NCBI GenBank assembly: GCA_012295275.1
Contig: CM022670.1
Location: 9,362,001-9,426,000 of the forward strand
DNA length: 64,000 bases
Direction of reading: 5' to 3'
Source: Chrysomallon squamiferum
Taxonomy: Eukaryota > Animalia > Mollusca
This document shows, piece after piece, positions 40,103 to 52,646 of this stretch. Made by a program: the position numbers and the translations under genes. The notes under the pieces were generated by a model, which ran no database searches, was not told the origin of the DNA, and saw only the letters and a list, made by a program, of their open reading frames with translations. Each line of letters starts with the position of its first letter. Positions within the stretch are counted from its first letter, which is position 1.

Positions 40103-42138
40103 CTTTTTCACAGGAGCCTCAACTCTGTGCTGATCTTTCTCAATGATTTCAATCTTCACTGGAGCCAGACCCTCCTGGATCTGATTACTGACATTTTCTT
40201 TCTTTGGAGGGACGCTGGTCTTCCATGGGGAGGGAGCAGTGGGTTTGATATCCTTGGACTGCACCGAGCCTCGAGAATTAAATGACATTACAGGTTTGCT
40301 TTCAGCTTTCTTATTTGTTTCAGCTGTCGAGACTTTGGACATGCTAGTCCCTTGAGCTGCTGATGAGGTTTTTGTACTGTCCACTCTGGAAAATGTTTTC
40401 TTTGCTTCCACTGAAGAGGTTTCAGAAGCTATGCCTGAAGAAGCTTTTGAACTGCTCACCCTTGTAAATGACTTCTTTGAGTCAGACAATGAGTAAGATG
40501 GTTTTACTGACTCGGAGGTTATGGAGGAAGATGATTTAGACATGTCAACTTTAGAAAAGGGTTTTGAGCTTTCTTCACCTGGGGATGTCCTAGAACTAAG
40601 ACTGTCTGTCTTTGAAGTTTGAACTTTGACGCTGCTGGCCCTAGATGTAAATGATTTCACTGAATCTGGCCTCAATGCAGATTCCACTTTGACACTAGAA
40701 CCTCTGCTTGGTAGGTTACCACTTTTACTCACTGGTGGTCTTTCAGCTGGAGTTGTAGTTGTTGGTTTGGTCATGCTACTGCTTACATTCTGTCCAAGAG
40801 AATCAACGTTCTTTTTCTCTTTACTAACATCCATAACAAACACTTCTTTTGGTTTTGGTTCACTCTGCTGCATCTTTGTACCAACATTACTTTGTTGTGG
40901 TTTTACACCAATGTTACTTTGTTGTGGTTTTACACCAATGTTACTTTGTTGTGCTTTTACACCAACATTACTCTGTTGTGTTTTTACACCAACATTACTC
41001 TGTTGTGCTTTTACACCAATGTTACTTTGTGGAGTTTTTGCATCAACACTGGTCTGTTGTGTTTTTGCACCAACATTACTCTGTTGTGTCTTTCCACTAC
41101 TATTACTCTCATCTTCATTAGCACCTGCCTTTCTTTTTCTTAATGCAGCCATCCATTCTGGCTCTCTGTTCACTGGTTCTGTAATCACTTGTTCAGCTTC
41201 CGTCCATGTCCACCGCTTTGGATCACTTTTCCTGCCGCTTACCTCGGATGACATGATGACTGATGACGTCATGACATCTCTTTTTTGTGGAGAGGAATTT
41301 GGGGAACCACTACCAAAGTCGACTCTGTGAGAATTTGTTCTCTGTATTTTTGTAGCATACTGTTCGTCTTTTGCCACTGGTTGTTCTGGTAGTGTTTTGC
41401 TGCGAGTCTGTCGTCTCAGCCTGTAATCCTCTCGACCTGGTGACACAATGTCTGACGTATCTGTTGTCTTCAAACCCTCTCTTTTCAAACTCGAGTTAGA
41501 CTTCACTGAACTTGTTTCTGATTTATCGTCTTCTTTCACAGACTCACTGGACATCTTTCTAACCACAGCTTGTTTTTGTTCCACTGAAGATGAAGTAGCA
41601 ATAGCATCCTTGGAATCAAAATGAGATGTCTGTGAAAGAGAACTCTCTGTTTTAGATGAAAACTTCACTTCAACCTTTTCTCCATATTTACCACCAGCAT
41701 CACTTGAAGCCGACGCATATATTTGGCCTTTGGAAGCACCAGTTACTTCATTCGAAGGAATCTCGTCTTCCTTTGACATCTTAACAGATTTACGCTTCAC
41801 TTTGTTAAATGCTTGTGAAAGTTCATTTTCTTTTTCAGCGGATGCAACAACACCCTGGTTATCAGCACCATCTTTAGCTCGTCCAGAAATGGGATGCAGC
41901 GGTTTTGGCAGTGTTTTTTCTTCCACTTTAGCAGCTGCTGTGAGTGAACTGCCAACAGAAGTCTGTTCTTTTTTAGCCTCACAGCTTGTCTTTAAAGAAC
42001 TGGACAATAATGTCTCTTCATGGGGTTGTTTGTAAGATTCTGTTCTGTATACAGAGGTCGATGCTCTGTCTGACATTTCAGTGGGAACTTGTAGCACCTC
42101 GGAATAACTTGTTGACATATCAAACTGTGACACATCAG
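40103..42138 (-). CDS. CRACD: CRACD-family large exon (about 678 aa; Ser/Lys/Thr-rich, probably disordered)
   Basis: tttaatgttcag|CT GAT GTG...AAA AAG|gttggt; 2036 nt, phase 1-0; matches the 693-aa ORF in the track. Contains EPEWMAALRKRKA (similar to the P.W.ALA..K motif of CRACD), RSKTLP and a 9-aa tandem repeat. Confidence 0.93.
40859..41092 (-). repeat. Coding minisatellite, 27-bp unit x about 8.6 (KxQQSNxGV)
   Basis: KTQQSNVGA KTQQTSVDA KTPQSNIGV KAQQSNVGV KTQQSNVGV KAQQSNIGV KPQQSNIGV KPQQSNVGT KMQQSE; DNA unit approximately ttacaccaacattactctgttgtgctt on the + strand. Confidence 0.95.
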
Positions 42139-43115
42139 CTGAACATTAAAAAAAAATAAAAACATTTGTTCATTTCATTTTATTAATAAAGAAAAAAAAT
42201 ATATAATTACAGATTTAAAAACCAATCAGAAAATATTTAACCAGCAGCATTATTTTAATTAAAATGCAGAAAACTGATTTAGGTATAAAATCTTGCAACT
42301 TGCAATCTACCAGATATAATACTTTATTATTAGTCTGTTACTATTTTCTAATGTAAATTTATTTTCAGGCTTCCCTTTCTAAACACAGATGCCAGCCCAT
42401 TAATAAACAATGTCATGGAGTTGAAAATTATGTGGTTAAAATAAAACATGCAGATGTGACAGAGCGTAATTATTGCTTGGTTTATCTAAAATGGAGTTAA
42501 ATTGATTGCAATAATTACAATAACTTGTCATGTACTGCATTGATACATAAAACTGAAGCACCATTGTAAAGTCTCTGGCTGAGAAATAATCATACCTAAA
42601 TATCTATCTGTCATACTCAAATAACATTGCTAGACTGGAGTACAGAAACTCTCTAAAAACAGCAACTAATCTACAAACAACTATCCTTATTATATGTTTA
42701 CTCGTACATATATGGTACTAAAATATTAAACATTAATAACATAAATTTGTTTCAACACATAACCGACAAGACAATTATAGACCAAACTGACATTATTTAA
42801 TTTAGCAGTAAAAGAACCTTAGTATTCCATGACAATGTGCACTAACAGTTTGGTTCCCTGCAGTACCATTTCAACAAATAACTTTCTGACCACAAATTAT
42901 GTATGTACCAAACACACACTTCATTACAGAATACCACAATTTAAATTACACACGCATCAATACAGAAATGAAATGAAATGAAATATCAGTTTATTAATTA
43001 CTGTGCTTACAAAAACAGTTGCAAATTTTCGAATTTTACAGGAATCATAAAGTAAATATGTCAGAACTGATAGAAGTACTAATCTGCCATATTACATAAC
43101 TCCACTGGAACCTAC

Positions 43116-43200
43116 CTGATGTAATACTGACTGTACTTTGATCTATTGTTTTACTTGGTGATTCTTCATTTAAGCTTGGAAGACCTGATGGAGATTTTAC
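43116..43200 (-). CDS. CRACD: CRACD-family internal exon
   Basis: ttttttaaccctcag|GTA...TCA G|gtaggt; 85 nt, phase 0-1; VKSPSGLPSLNEESPSKTIDQSTVSITS. Confidence 0.85.
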
Positions 43201-43260
43201 CTGAGGGTTAAAAAATAGAAAGAGAAAGAAACATTTTATTGTACATTGAGAATGGTAATC

Positions 43261-43295
<35 letters not shown>

Positions 43296-43558
43296 CAAGA
43301 ACAACAAAAATAAAAAAAAAATAAAAATAAAATAAAAAAATAAAAATAAAAATAAATTAAATTAAAATAAATTAAATAAATAACAAGTAAGTAACATATG
43401 AATAAATAAATAATATAAAACTATATGTTGTATAGGTGGGGGATTCATTACTAACACATACATACAACTCAGATATAAACATTTTTAAAATACTATACAC
43501 AAAAAACATTTAATTAGAAAAACAAACCCATTAAATATTCATGTTTTTCTACACTTAC

Positions 43559-43756
43559 ATCCCGACGTTTGCGAGACTGTCGCGAAGCTTTTCTCTTGTT
43601 TGGCCTCACAGACAGCTTGTGTTTAGCAGCATCTGAGGTCAGGTGCTCAGTACTTTTCACAGACTCAAAATCCATTGGCTGATGTGGGTCAGATTTGCTA
43701 CTTCTCTTTGGTTTCTGTGGAGTTGAGCTCTTCCAGCCACTGATAAACATATCCTC
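43559..43756 (-). CDS. CRACD: CRACD-family exon with the DUF4592 core
   Basis: gtcttttctttcag|GAG...GAT|gtaagt; 198 nt, phase 0-0; EDMFISGWKSSTPQKPKRSSKSDPHQPMDFESVKSTEHLTSDAAKHKLSVRPNKRKASRQSRKRRD. DF...L...AAKHKLSV(R/K)P is the DUF4592 hallmark of CRACD/CRACDL/KIAA1210. Confidence 0.92.
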
Positions 43757-44149
43757 CTGAAAGAAAAGACATAAATGTGAAAAATAAGTAATATAAATAG
43801 TAAAAAAACAATTTGGAAGACATTTGTGTGTCTTCCTGTAATATTAAACTTTTGTTAATCTTGCAGTCTGTATCTAGGCAGAGATTTTACCAAATTTGCA
43901 CTACAGTTTGCTGTTTCACTACCCGTGCAAATAAAAACACATCTTTTTGGTTTTTCATATCCACCAATTTATTATTAATTTTTAATAACTAAGTATTAGT
44001 ACTATATCAAAACAAAATAAAACAAAGATCCAGTCTGTAACCAAATGTTTCATTACCTTGCAATCAATATGAACAACAATTAATCTAGTTAATTTTTGAA
44101 ACATCTGTAAGTAATATTAAAACACTGTGTATATGGGTGTATGTGTCTG

Positions 44150-44395
44150 TATATACACATATATAGATATACATACATACACATATACATACATCCATAT
44201 ATACATCCATACATTCATATATACATCCATACATCCACACATCCATCCATACATCCATCACTACATCCATATATACATCCATACATCCACACATACATAC
44301 ATCTATACACACATCCATACATACGTCCATATATACATATACATCCATACATGCATACATCCATATACACATCCATCCATACATACATACATTCA

Positions 44396-44428
<33 letters not shown>

Positions 44429-44547
44429 CCATCCATCCATACATACATACATTCATACATACATACATATATACATACAGACATACATATATACATACAT
44501 ACAGACATACATATACATACAGACATACATACATACATACATATATA
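44150..44547. repeat. (ATAC/ATCC)n degenerate tetranucleotide array next to the donor of the 69-nt CRACD exon
   Basis: Direct reading. Confidence 0.93.
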
Positions 44548-44557
44548 GTTAATTTAC

Positions 44558-44626
44558 CTCCTCATTTTCAGAACTGTCCATGCTGATTAAACTCTTGTCA
44601 CTTTCGCGACTGCTCGATGCTTGATT
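44558..44626 (-). CDS. CRACD: CRACD-family internal exon
   Basis: ttgtctattttcag|AAT...GAG|gtaaat; 69 nt, phase 0-0; NQASSSRESDKSLISMDSSENEE. Confidence 0.85.
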
Positions 44627-46977
44627 CTGAAAATAGACAAAAACAGTTTCATTATAACACTACATCCAAACCAGGCAAAAACAAAACAGCCTGGATATTT
44701 CATTACATCTCATTACCACACTTGACACTAACAGACAGCATATACCAGCCAGTAGTGATGAAACAATGGGTTACATGAGACAGAAGTCAAACAAAAATCA
44801 TTAAATCAATCTATGTGTGGGAAAAAAAAAAAAAAAAAAGTATACGCTGATGTATGAAATTAGTCACATGGAGCTGGTTTATTACTTTTCTCTTTTATGT
44901 ACTGATGATAATCTGCATGTATGCTAAGAACAGACTTGTTAATTATCATACAGACAAGATTATGTAACACAAAACAGGATCATTATTAACTGAAAAAGAA
45001 CATGCTTCATACTGAATTTATTGATTTTTAATATTACTTGGTCTTTGTATGACTTCAATTTTTGGTATTTTTTATTTTTTTGGTGAATCCCTGTCTGTGT
45101 GCAGAATATTGAAAAGGTAACGTTACGGTTCGGTATGATTAAATATATGTTTATATTCTTTAACTTTCATATTTATTGTATTTTAAACTCTGTTAGTGTG
45201 TGTTTTGAAAGCTGTTTAAAACACTAGTGAAATAATAGATACATTTCAGATTTCAGTGCAACCAATTTCTCCATAATTTGTATTTTTTACAAGACATATT
45301 ACAATAATATTAATTCATGTTAATTTTTTAATCTTTTTAAGAACAAAAAGATGATTATTGTATAAATGTGTTATCTTGAAGTATTGAAGTGTTATGAAAA
45401 AATGTTCTGATCATTACAGAAGCTGTGGAAAGGAAACTCATTTACTAAACATTTAAATTAAAAACAAATTCAGACACAATAACATAACAATTCCATGCTT
45501 TAAGAATTTGACCACAAAATTACAAAAACAGAATTAAGCTTCTTAACTCTCAGCAGCAAAAAATAAAAAAAAATAAAAATAAAAATTGTACTAGAATACA
45601 ACTTATAAGAAGAACTACAATATAACCAACAAAAGGAACTGAATTAAATAACAGAATTATAAAAACTGCATTTAATGTATATTACGTAACAGTGACTTTC
45701 TCACTACATGCTTTTACTACGTCTGAAATAAACACATGAACTGGAAAAACTGTGCTAAAGCATATTATATAATTTCCAACTTTATAACCTTAGGTACATT
45801 TTTGAAATATCCCACAACAAAAACAACCAACCTTTGATCGCCAAGTTAGTAACAGTATTTAAACAAATTTCTTTTTGCACGTTAAAGTTGTATTTTCTAT
45901 AAATCTTCACAAATACATGAAGCTTTTAGTAGCAAGCAGTTGAGAAACACAATTCACAAAAACACTGGCACCAACAGACATTACGTCATATTGATTTTCT
46001 GGCTCAATGGGTTCTAGCAATAACCCATGTTAGTCACTCAACACAAGTCTAACTTGGTTTGTCTGGGTCACAAAAAGCTCATCTCAGTCATCCATCTAAA
46101 TGAGATATTTATGCAGAATGTGACAAGACTGAAATTGCCACAGATCATAATTGTTAGACTGGGCATTTGGTAAAATGAGAAAACCAAATATAGGCACAAT
46201 GTTTCAAAAAACCTAGATGTTAACAGAATGAAGCTGATGATTATAAATTGAAAAATAATGACAGCAAACATTGATTATATTAAGACTAAAGTACATATAC
46301 ATATAAAAAAGGAATAATTAATAAATAAATGAAAAAAGCTATTATAGGAAAGCTTCTGAAATGATTTACAACAAAATTCCATTAAGATGAATTTTCAACG
46401 AAATGGACAAAACTCCCAACAGACTGAGTGCTTAAATACCTCATGGTAATGCAGTATGATAGAACTTAAGTTTAATTGCAGTGAGTTTATCACGGAGTAT
46501 GTTCTTTTGATAAAATTGCAGTGATAAGATGGGGTATCAAGTGTTTGTTGATTAGATTACACCTACATCACACGCTGTCAAGGTATCTAAAATGATATCT
46601 AAAATAGACAGTCTTTCAAATTACATGTCGCTGAATGATGGGTGGTGTCAATAATACAGCTTTATTATTTATTTGGGAGGGGGTGACAATAATACCCAAA
46701 TTCAGGACAACCATTTGAAAATCTAATTAGTACACTTCATGTTCTTTTTAACTGAATAATGTACAGAAAGCACTCTAAATTCTGTATATAAAAAGCAAAT
46801 GTTTGATTCACTGTGTATATCAATAAGCAGACATATTTTATTTTTTATTTTATTTAAATAAAAAGAAAATCTTTAGACCTAGATGTGTAATAATAAACAT
46901 CTGCTTAGACTTTTTATAAAAGCAATCAGGAAAGTTAAATTACCTTCAGATTATTAAAAAAACAAATGTATAAAAAC

Positions 46978-47073
46978 CTTTAGCTGTCCTCCGACAACAG
47001 CATCTCCTTGTCCATGTTCATCATCATCAGAATACTGAGTCTGGCGTTTCTTCAGCTTGCTGAACAGTTCATC
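46978..47073 (-). CDS. CRACD: CRACD-family internal exon
   Basis: ttggtttcag|GAT...AAG|gttttt (weak donor); 96 nt, phase 0-0; DELFSKLKKRQTQYSDDDEHGQGDAVVGGQLK. Confidence 0.8.
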
Positions 47074-47363
47074 CTGAAACCAAATAATGTGTTTGGAAAT
47101 ATTAAATTCCAAAGTCTTTAACTGATGACCTCTGTTATCAGATACAGAAAAGATTCATATCCGTATGTATCATCTGGTTGAAGACTTTTATCTTTTTTTT
47201 TCATCAATCAAGGCAAATGGAATTTTCTCATCTGCCTGCATATCTGAACGTTAAATGTACAGATGAGGCCACTGCCTGAATTCTATATTACAGATACTAA
47301 ATTCTGGTTCAGATATTTGCATGAATGCATACGTATCATCCAGATATTGCAAAAATAATTAGA

Positions 47364-47424
<61 letters not shown>

Positions 47425-47581
47425 GTTGTTGTTGCTGAAAGTGTTCTTGCTTTCTTCTTTTGAAGAAAATAAAATCTTAAATACTGACGGTCTTCCTATG
47501 GATTATATGTTTATATGAAGAAAAGAAAGCAAATAATGGAAACAGTTATCAAGTAACGTTGTAATAACTTGTGAAACTCAC

Positions 47582-47729
47582 ATGAAATGCAGGTCGAGCA
47601 AGGTTTTCTTCAGAGACGGCCACTTTGTTGAGTGCAGCTAAACTGGGGTCACGCTGATCTGGAGAGAAAACACTGTCTTCTGATATACTCCTGGCACCTC
47701 CCAGCGGTCGAGCTGCCCGAGTCTTGAAT
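47582..47729 (-). CDS. CRACD: CRACD-family exon with RSISEDSVF motif
   Basis: ttgttttgaag|A TTC...CAT|gtgagt; 148 nt, phase 2-0, matching the previous exon. FKTRAARPLGGARSISEDSVFSPDQRDPSLAALNKVAVSEENLARPAFH; corresponds to the RALSHDSIF...SQEN segment of the CRACD/KIAA1210 family. Confidence 0.88.
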
Positions 47730-48020
47730 CTTCAAAACAAAACGACATACTAACTTAAATTATCATAGAAGAAACTTTTGTTTCACAAATGCTGTTAAGT
47801 TATATTTGTTTTTCCTCGATTACTGGAAAAATTTATATTTTATTTTAATTGATAAATGTTCTTGTTTTTTTTATATTACAAGATGATGGCTGGTCTGAAA
47901 TGTCAAAGCTTACTATTTCAAGTGGTAACCTAAAAAAGAAAATTTATTATAAGATGATATTGAAATTTGTTTCTTCATGGCTATGCTGTTTGAAACTGCT
48001 AGAAATAATATATTAAATGA

Positions 48021-48831
48021 AGAGTATTTTGGCTTTTTATCACAAATTCATGTGTTATTTGTCCAATATTACAGAAATTAATATTAAAAAGTGGCTGTTT
48101 TGTCTCCGGGCTACCAAAGCTCTTTTTTTACAGTCTATCAATGGATATTAAATACTGTCCAATGCAGAACCTGTGAACTTGTGTAAGAATTAATATCTGT
48201 ATGTTTACTATAAAACTATATTAGTGTTATCTTTTTTTTTTTTTTTTTTCAATATATAGCACCAGCTGCTGTACTCTGAATCATTATAAAATATCTACAT
48301 TGATTTTGTAATTCATTCATCTTTTCTTTCTTTATTATTTGTTTTGTTGGATTTGTTGTTTTTGTGTGTTTATTTTTTTTTTTTTTTTTTTTTTTTTTAT
48401 TATTTATCTTTTTAATTAAAAAAAAGGAAAAAAAAAAAAAAAATTAAGAAAAAAGAAATTTAACCGAAGTTCACACTTCCTTTTATTATTTTTTCATCAA
48501 ATACATCTGAGAACATAATCTTTAAAATGTTTACTTTCAAACTGTTACTATTGACTGCTATACAGGTCATTTCATTTTTTACTCTGGTTAGATAAGATAA
48601 ACAAGCATTTCAGTAACTGCATATCTCAAGATATCTGTATGATTAATATACTGATCAACGTACTGTACCTTTACATGTATGTAACATGTTGTAAGCTAGT
48701 ATATATTAAACTGGTATTTTGTTGAAGTAACATAACCTACTTACCAATAAGCTGTTTACACATACACACACAAAAATGTAAATACATACATACATTTTAT
48801 ATACACATTATGTACATGCATTCATACAATA

Positions 48832-48865
<34 letters not shown>

Positions 48866-50193
48866 TGTAAATACATACATACATACATACATACATACAT
48901 TTTATATACACATTATGTACATGAATTCATACAATAACTGCACACACACATACACACACATGCAACTTATAGACTGACTTTCTGATTAGTTTCTCTGTAG
49001 CTATACTGTACGAAAAACTGCAATAATGAATATTTAAGATGAAGAATATTTTGGGTTTTTATTATAAACTGAACTGTATTTCTAAAATAAATACCTGCAT
49101 GTAATTTTATGGCCATGTATGTATGTATGTGTTGTTGCATGATATATTTAACAAACAGAAATAATGTTACACTCACCAAACAACATCAATGGTTATAATT
49201 AGATTTTCACAATTACCTTTACTGTAGCACACGAAATCCAAATGAAAGAAAAACAATGTACAAATACGACCACTTTCAGTCTCTAGTTAAGTATATTTTA
49301 ACATACTGAAGTAACATCCCATTCATGTGATATTCCAGTGAGTTGTGAAATGAATGTGGCACATGTTGAATTTATTAGTTTAGTTATTTTTATCTCACCT
49401 GTTTTCATAGTAATACATAAACATACCACACACCAACATTAATATCTTTATGATGTAAGTTTTATTTGGGAAGCTCTTTTGTGTAAACATATAAGTGTAG
49501 ATGACTTCTGTAATCACAGCAATAAACATGGGCATATAAAGAAACAAAGAAAAAGGGGAAAAAGAAAAAAAACAAAAAAAAAACCAAAACAAGAGATGAA
49601 AAAACTGCCTTGAACTGTCAACAACCTAAACAATAGCTAATTATTATTTTAAATGGTAAATCTTTATATTTTTTTTTAATTATTATTTTAAAGAATATTT
49701 TGGCTTTTTATCATAAATTGATGTATAATTTGTCTAATAATACAGAAATTAATATTAAATTAATGTGGATAATGGCTTTGTTAATTGGGCTAGCTAAACT
49801 TGTATTTTCTGTCTGTCAGTGAATACTGAATACTGTCCAAGGTAGAACCTGTGAATCTGTGTAGGAATTAATATCTGTATGTTTACTTAAAACAATATTA
49901 GTGTTTTCTTTTCTTCTTTTTTTTTAAAAATATATAACACCAGCTGCTTCTGGACACTAATTCATTATGTTTATTTAAAACTATATTAGTATTCTCTTTT
50001 TTCTTAACATTAATAAGGATTCATGTTTTAAGATTAATATCTTTACGACATAAGCTTTATTTGGGAAGATCTTTTGTGTAAGCATATAAATATGTGTGAC
50101 TTCAGAAATAAACATGGGCATTAAAAAAATATTTAAAAAAAACAGAGAAGAAAAACCTGCCTTGAACTGTCAACAACCTAAAAAAACAGCTAA
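48021..50193. repeat. Old intronic tandem duplication, arrangement A-X-B-A'-B'
   Basis: A 48021-48287 resembles A' 49691-49968 (share TATTTTGGCTTTTT.., AATACTGTCCAA..AGAACCTGTGAA, GAATTAATATCTGTATGTTTACT, CACCAGCTGCT). B 49438-49641 resembles B' 50033-50193 (share TTTATTTGGGAAG, AATAAACATGGGCAT, CTGCCTTGAACTGTCAACAACCTAAA). Confidence 0.9.
48770..48960. repeat. Two-copy tandem repeat of about 90-100 bp with embedded (AC)n/(ATAC)n
   Basis: AAATGTAAATACATACATAC..ATTTTATATACACATTATGTACATG(C/A)ATTCATACAATAACTGCACACACAC occurs twice in tandem. Confidence 0.9.
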
Positions 50194-51840
50194 TGGTTTT
50201 CTATTAACAAATGTAAATTAATGGAACTGTGTCACACCCAAAATGTTTAATATATATTATCATAAATGGAGAAAAGAAATGACAGACAGAAAGTCAGTCA
50301 TACAAACTGAAATATTAGAAAATTAATAACATTTAATGTTATAAAATAAAGATAATCGTATTAAATAAGATATTTAAATTTGCATGTTACTTTGAACTTT
50401 TTTCTTTTCTTTCATTATTGTCATCTGGAATTATAATTCCTTATCTTTGATTAAATAATAAACAGCTAATTTAAAATTGAATGAAAAACAAAATTTATTC
50501 TGTATTTAAAAATTAATACTATAATTATGTTGAAAAAATATATTTATATATATATATATTTATTTAAAAACTCTACTGACAAACTACAAATATTTTAAGT
50601 ATTTTTTTAAAACCAGTTTCACATCAGATTGTTTCTAAGATGTGACTCTATTTATTTTAAGATTTTTTATTTACACAGATGTACTCTGGTACACATTAAA
50701 CATTGGATAAGACATTGCTAAAGGCAAAAGATACTCCTTGTTTACAAATGATTAGAGAGAGTAAACAATTTTACAAGGGAAGAGTGCAAGGTTAATGTCA
50801 CTCATATCATTAAGTCATGGAAAGTGAGAGGAATGATTAAGATTTAATGATAGAAATTTATTTCAGTTGCAAGCACAGGATCTCTTAACTGTTTCCTTTT
50901 ATGACTAAACAAACATACACTAAATAATTCAGGAAACTAATTAAAAATTAATGTTTCAAAAACCTGTTGGATGACTTCAAGTGATTGGCTGTTTTCAATT
51001 CAACAGCAGATCATAATGATGTTAATGAAGCAATAATAAAATATACAACTGTCATTAACCATTAACATGAATTTTACATGACTTTGAGAATATTTAGCAC
51101 TGTTACCATTAAATAATTATGTAAAGATCAATCACTCTATGATGCCTATTGTCTAGTGAAACTTCAACAAAGAAAAAACTAACCACAAAGCTGTTTTAAG
51201 TATAATCCACCACTCCAAAGTTAACTTCAGTCTTGTTATTTATCACTAAATGAATCAATGTGTTTGTTCATCTACATCATATACCAGGCAAAGTCAGCAA
51301 TGACATTTATAAAAACACACTAACTGAAACACTTGTGCAGTTTTGTTTGTTTTTTTGTTTTTTTTAAAGCTTGGCAAAAAAACAGGTTAGACCTTTGCAT
51401 CTTATATCCTACATGTTAAAAAGCTTAGCAGTTGTCACCTAGATGCTGATGCACTAAAAGAACCTGCAGAATAAGTCAAAGTCCTTGCAGTGACATTGCA
51501 GCCAAGTCATATTTGTGGATATTCAGTATGCAGTGCCTTAAGAGCTAGTAGTTAACAAAATCATGTCCTGGTACAAGGCCCTACTTATATGGGGGAAGCT
51601 TTCTTTTCTCTCTAATCTTGTAACACTGCCTTGTGATGACCAGTTTATGAATACCATAGCAGACCCTTTGTCCTTTTAAGTCAGTCTATGGCAAGGTTGA
51701 TACAAAAAATGTCCACTGCTGCTAAATGATAAAACTAACTGATGGTATAACAGTAGTTTCTTCAAAAAACATTCATTCATCCAAAACAAAACTTCAAATA
51801 TTTTTATTCTTCATCTTACAAGAAAAAGAAAACAAATTAC

Positions 51841-51878
51841 CTTGGGAAATCTGTCACATCAAAGGAATCACACTCCAT
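51841..51878 (-). CDS. Candidate alternative first coding exon of the CRACD-like gene (MECDSFDVTDFP-R)
   Basis: ATG in good context (gcaATGG) with an in-frame TGA just upstream; donor AG|gtaatt in phase 2, matching the acceptor at 47729. Confidence 0.4.
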
Positions 51879-52608
51879 TGCAATATGTCAACAATTTTTG
51901 TTCATCTCCCATAAAATGATATTTGACCTATAAGACATCTGACAAGTCTGCAACAACAATTTTGGACAAGCTGACAGGAAGTCAAACAAACAATTATTAT
52001 GGGAAATTTCAAATGCCTATCGATAACATTAACAGACAGAGAAGAAAGTCTCTCTGGTACTGTCACTGCAGTAGTGTTGCCAAACACAGCCGATTATGTC
52101 AACGTTTCTCCCCCTGAGATGAAGGTCAACATCACATCTACATGGAGAGTTCTGCATATACTTACTGAAATATGTAAATAAACAACAGTATATAAGCTGA
52201 AATTCATACATGAAAGTATTGATTCAGAAATGCTGAGGTATTATCACAAATAAGTGAAATGTAACAGCTGGGATTCATTGTTTTCTCTGAAAGGAAGATA
52301 GCTCCCCGATACCACTCCGCCCATGATTATGTTACATTAAATGACTTGTTTCCATCATTAAAATTGCTAGTCCATTTCCAGTTCTCACCAGTTACCATTC
52401 GCATAAACAAATGACAATGTATTAAATTATATTATTCCTTGGCCACTGACATCAGGAATCATTAACAGTCAGTAAACAGAAAAAAAAAATATTTTTGAAG
52501 AGTCTATGTCAATTAGTCTCAAAACCCAATAAAAAATAGTAACATTAATAATAATAATAAATGACACTTCAGATACTGTAATTGCTTCCCACTCGCATTT
52601 CTTTAAAA

Positions 52609-52646
<38 letters not shown>

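Noticed and set aside
40626-41330. 234-aa + strand ORF with LLCCGFTP repeats (also 40849, 40892, 41730 ORFs)
   Set aside because: Antisense shadow of the large CRACD exon and its 27-bp repeat; no independent evidence.
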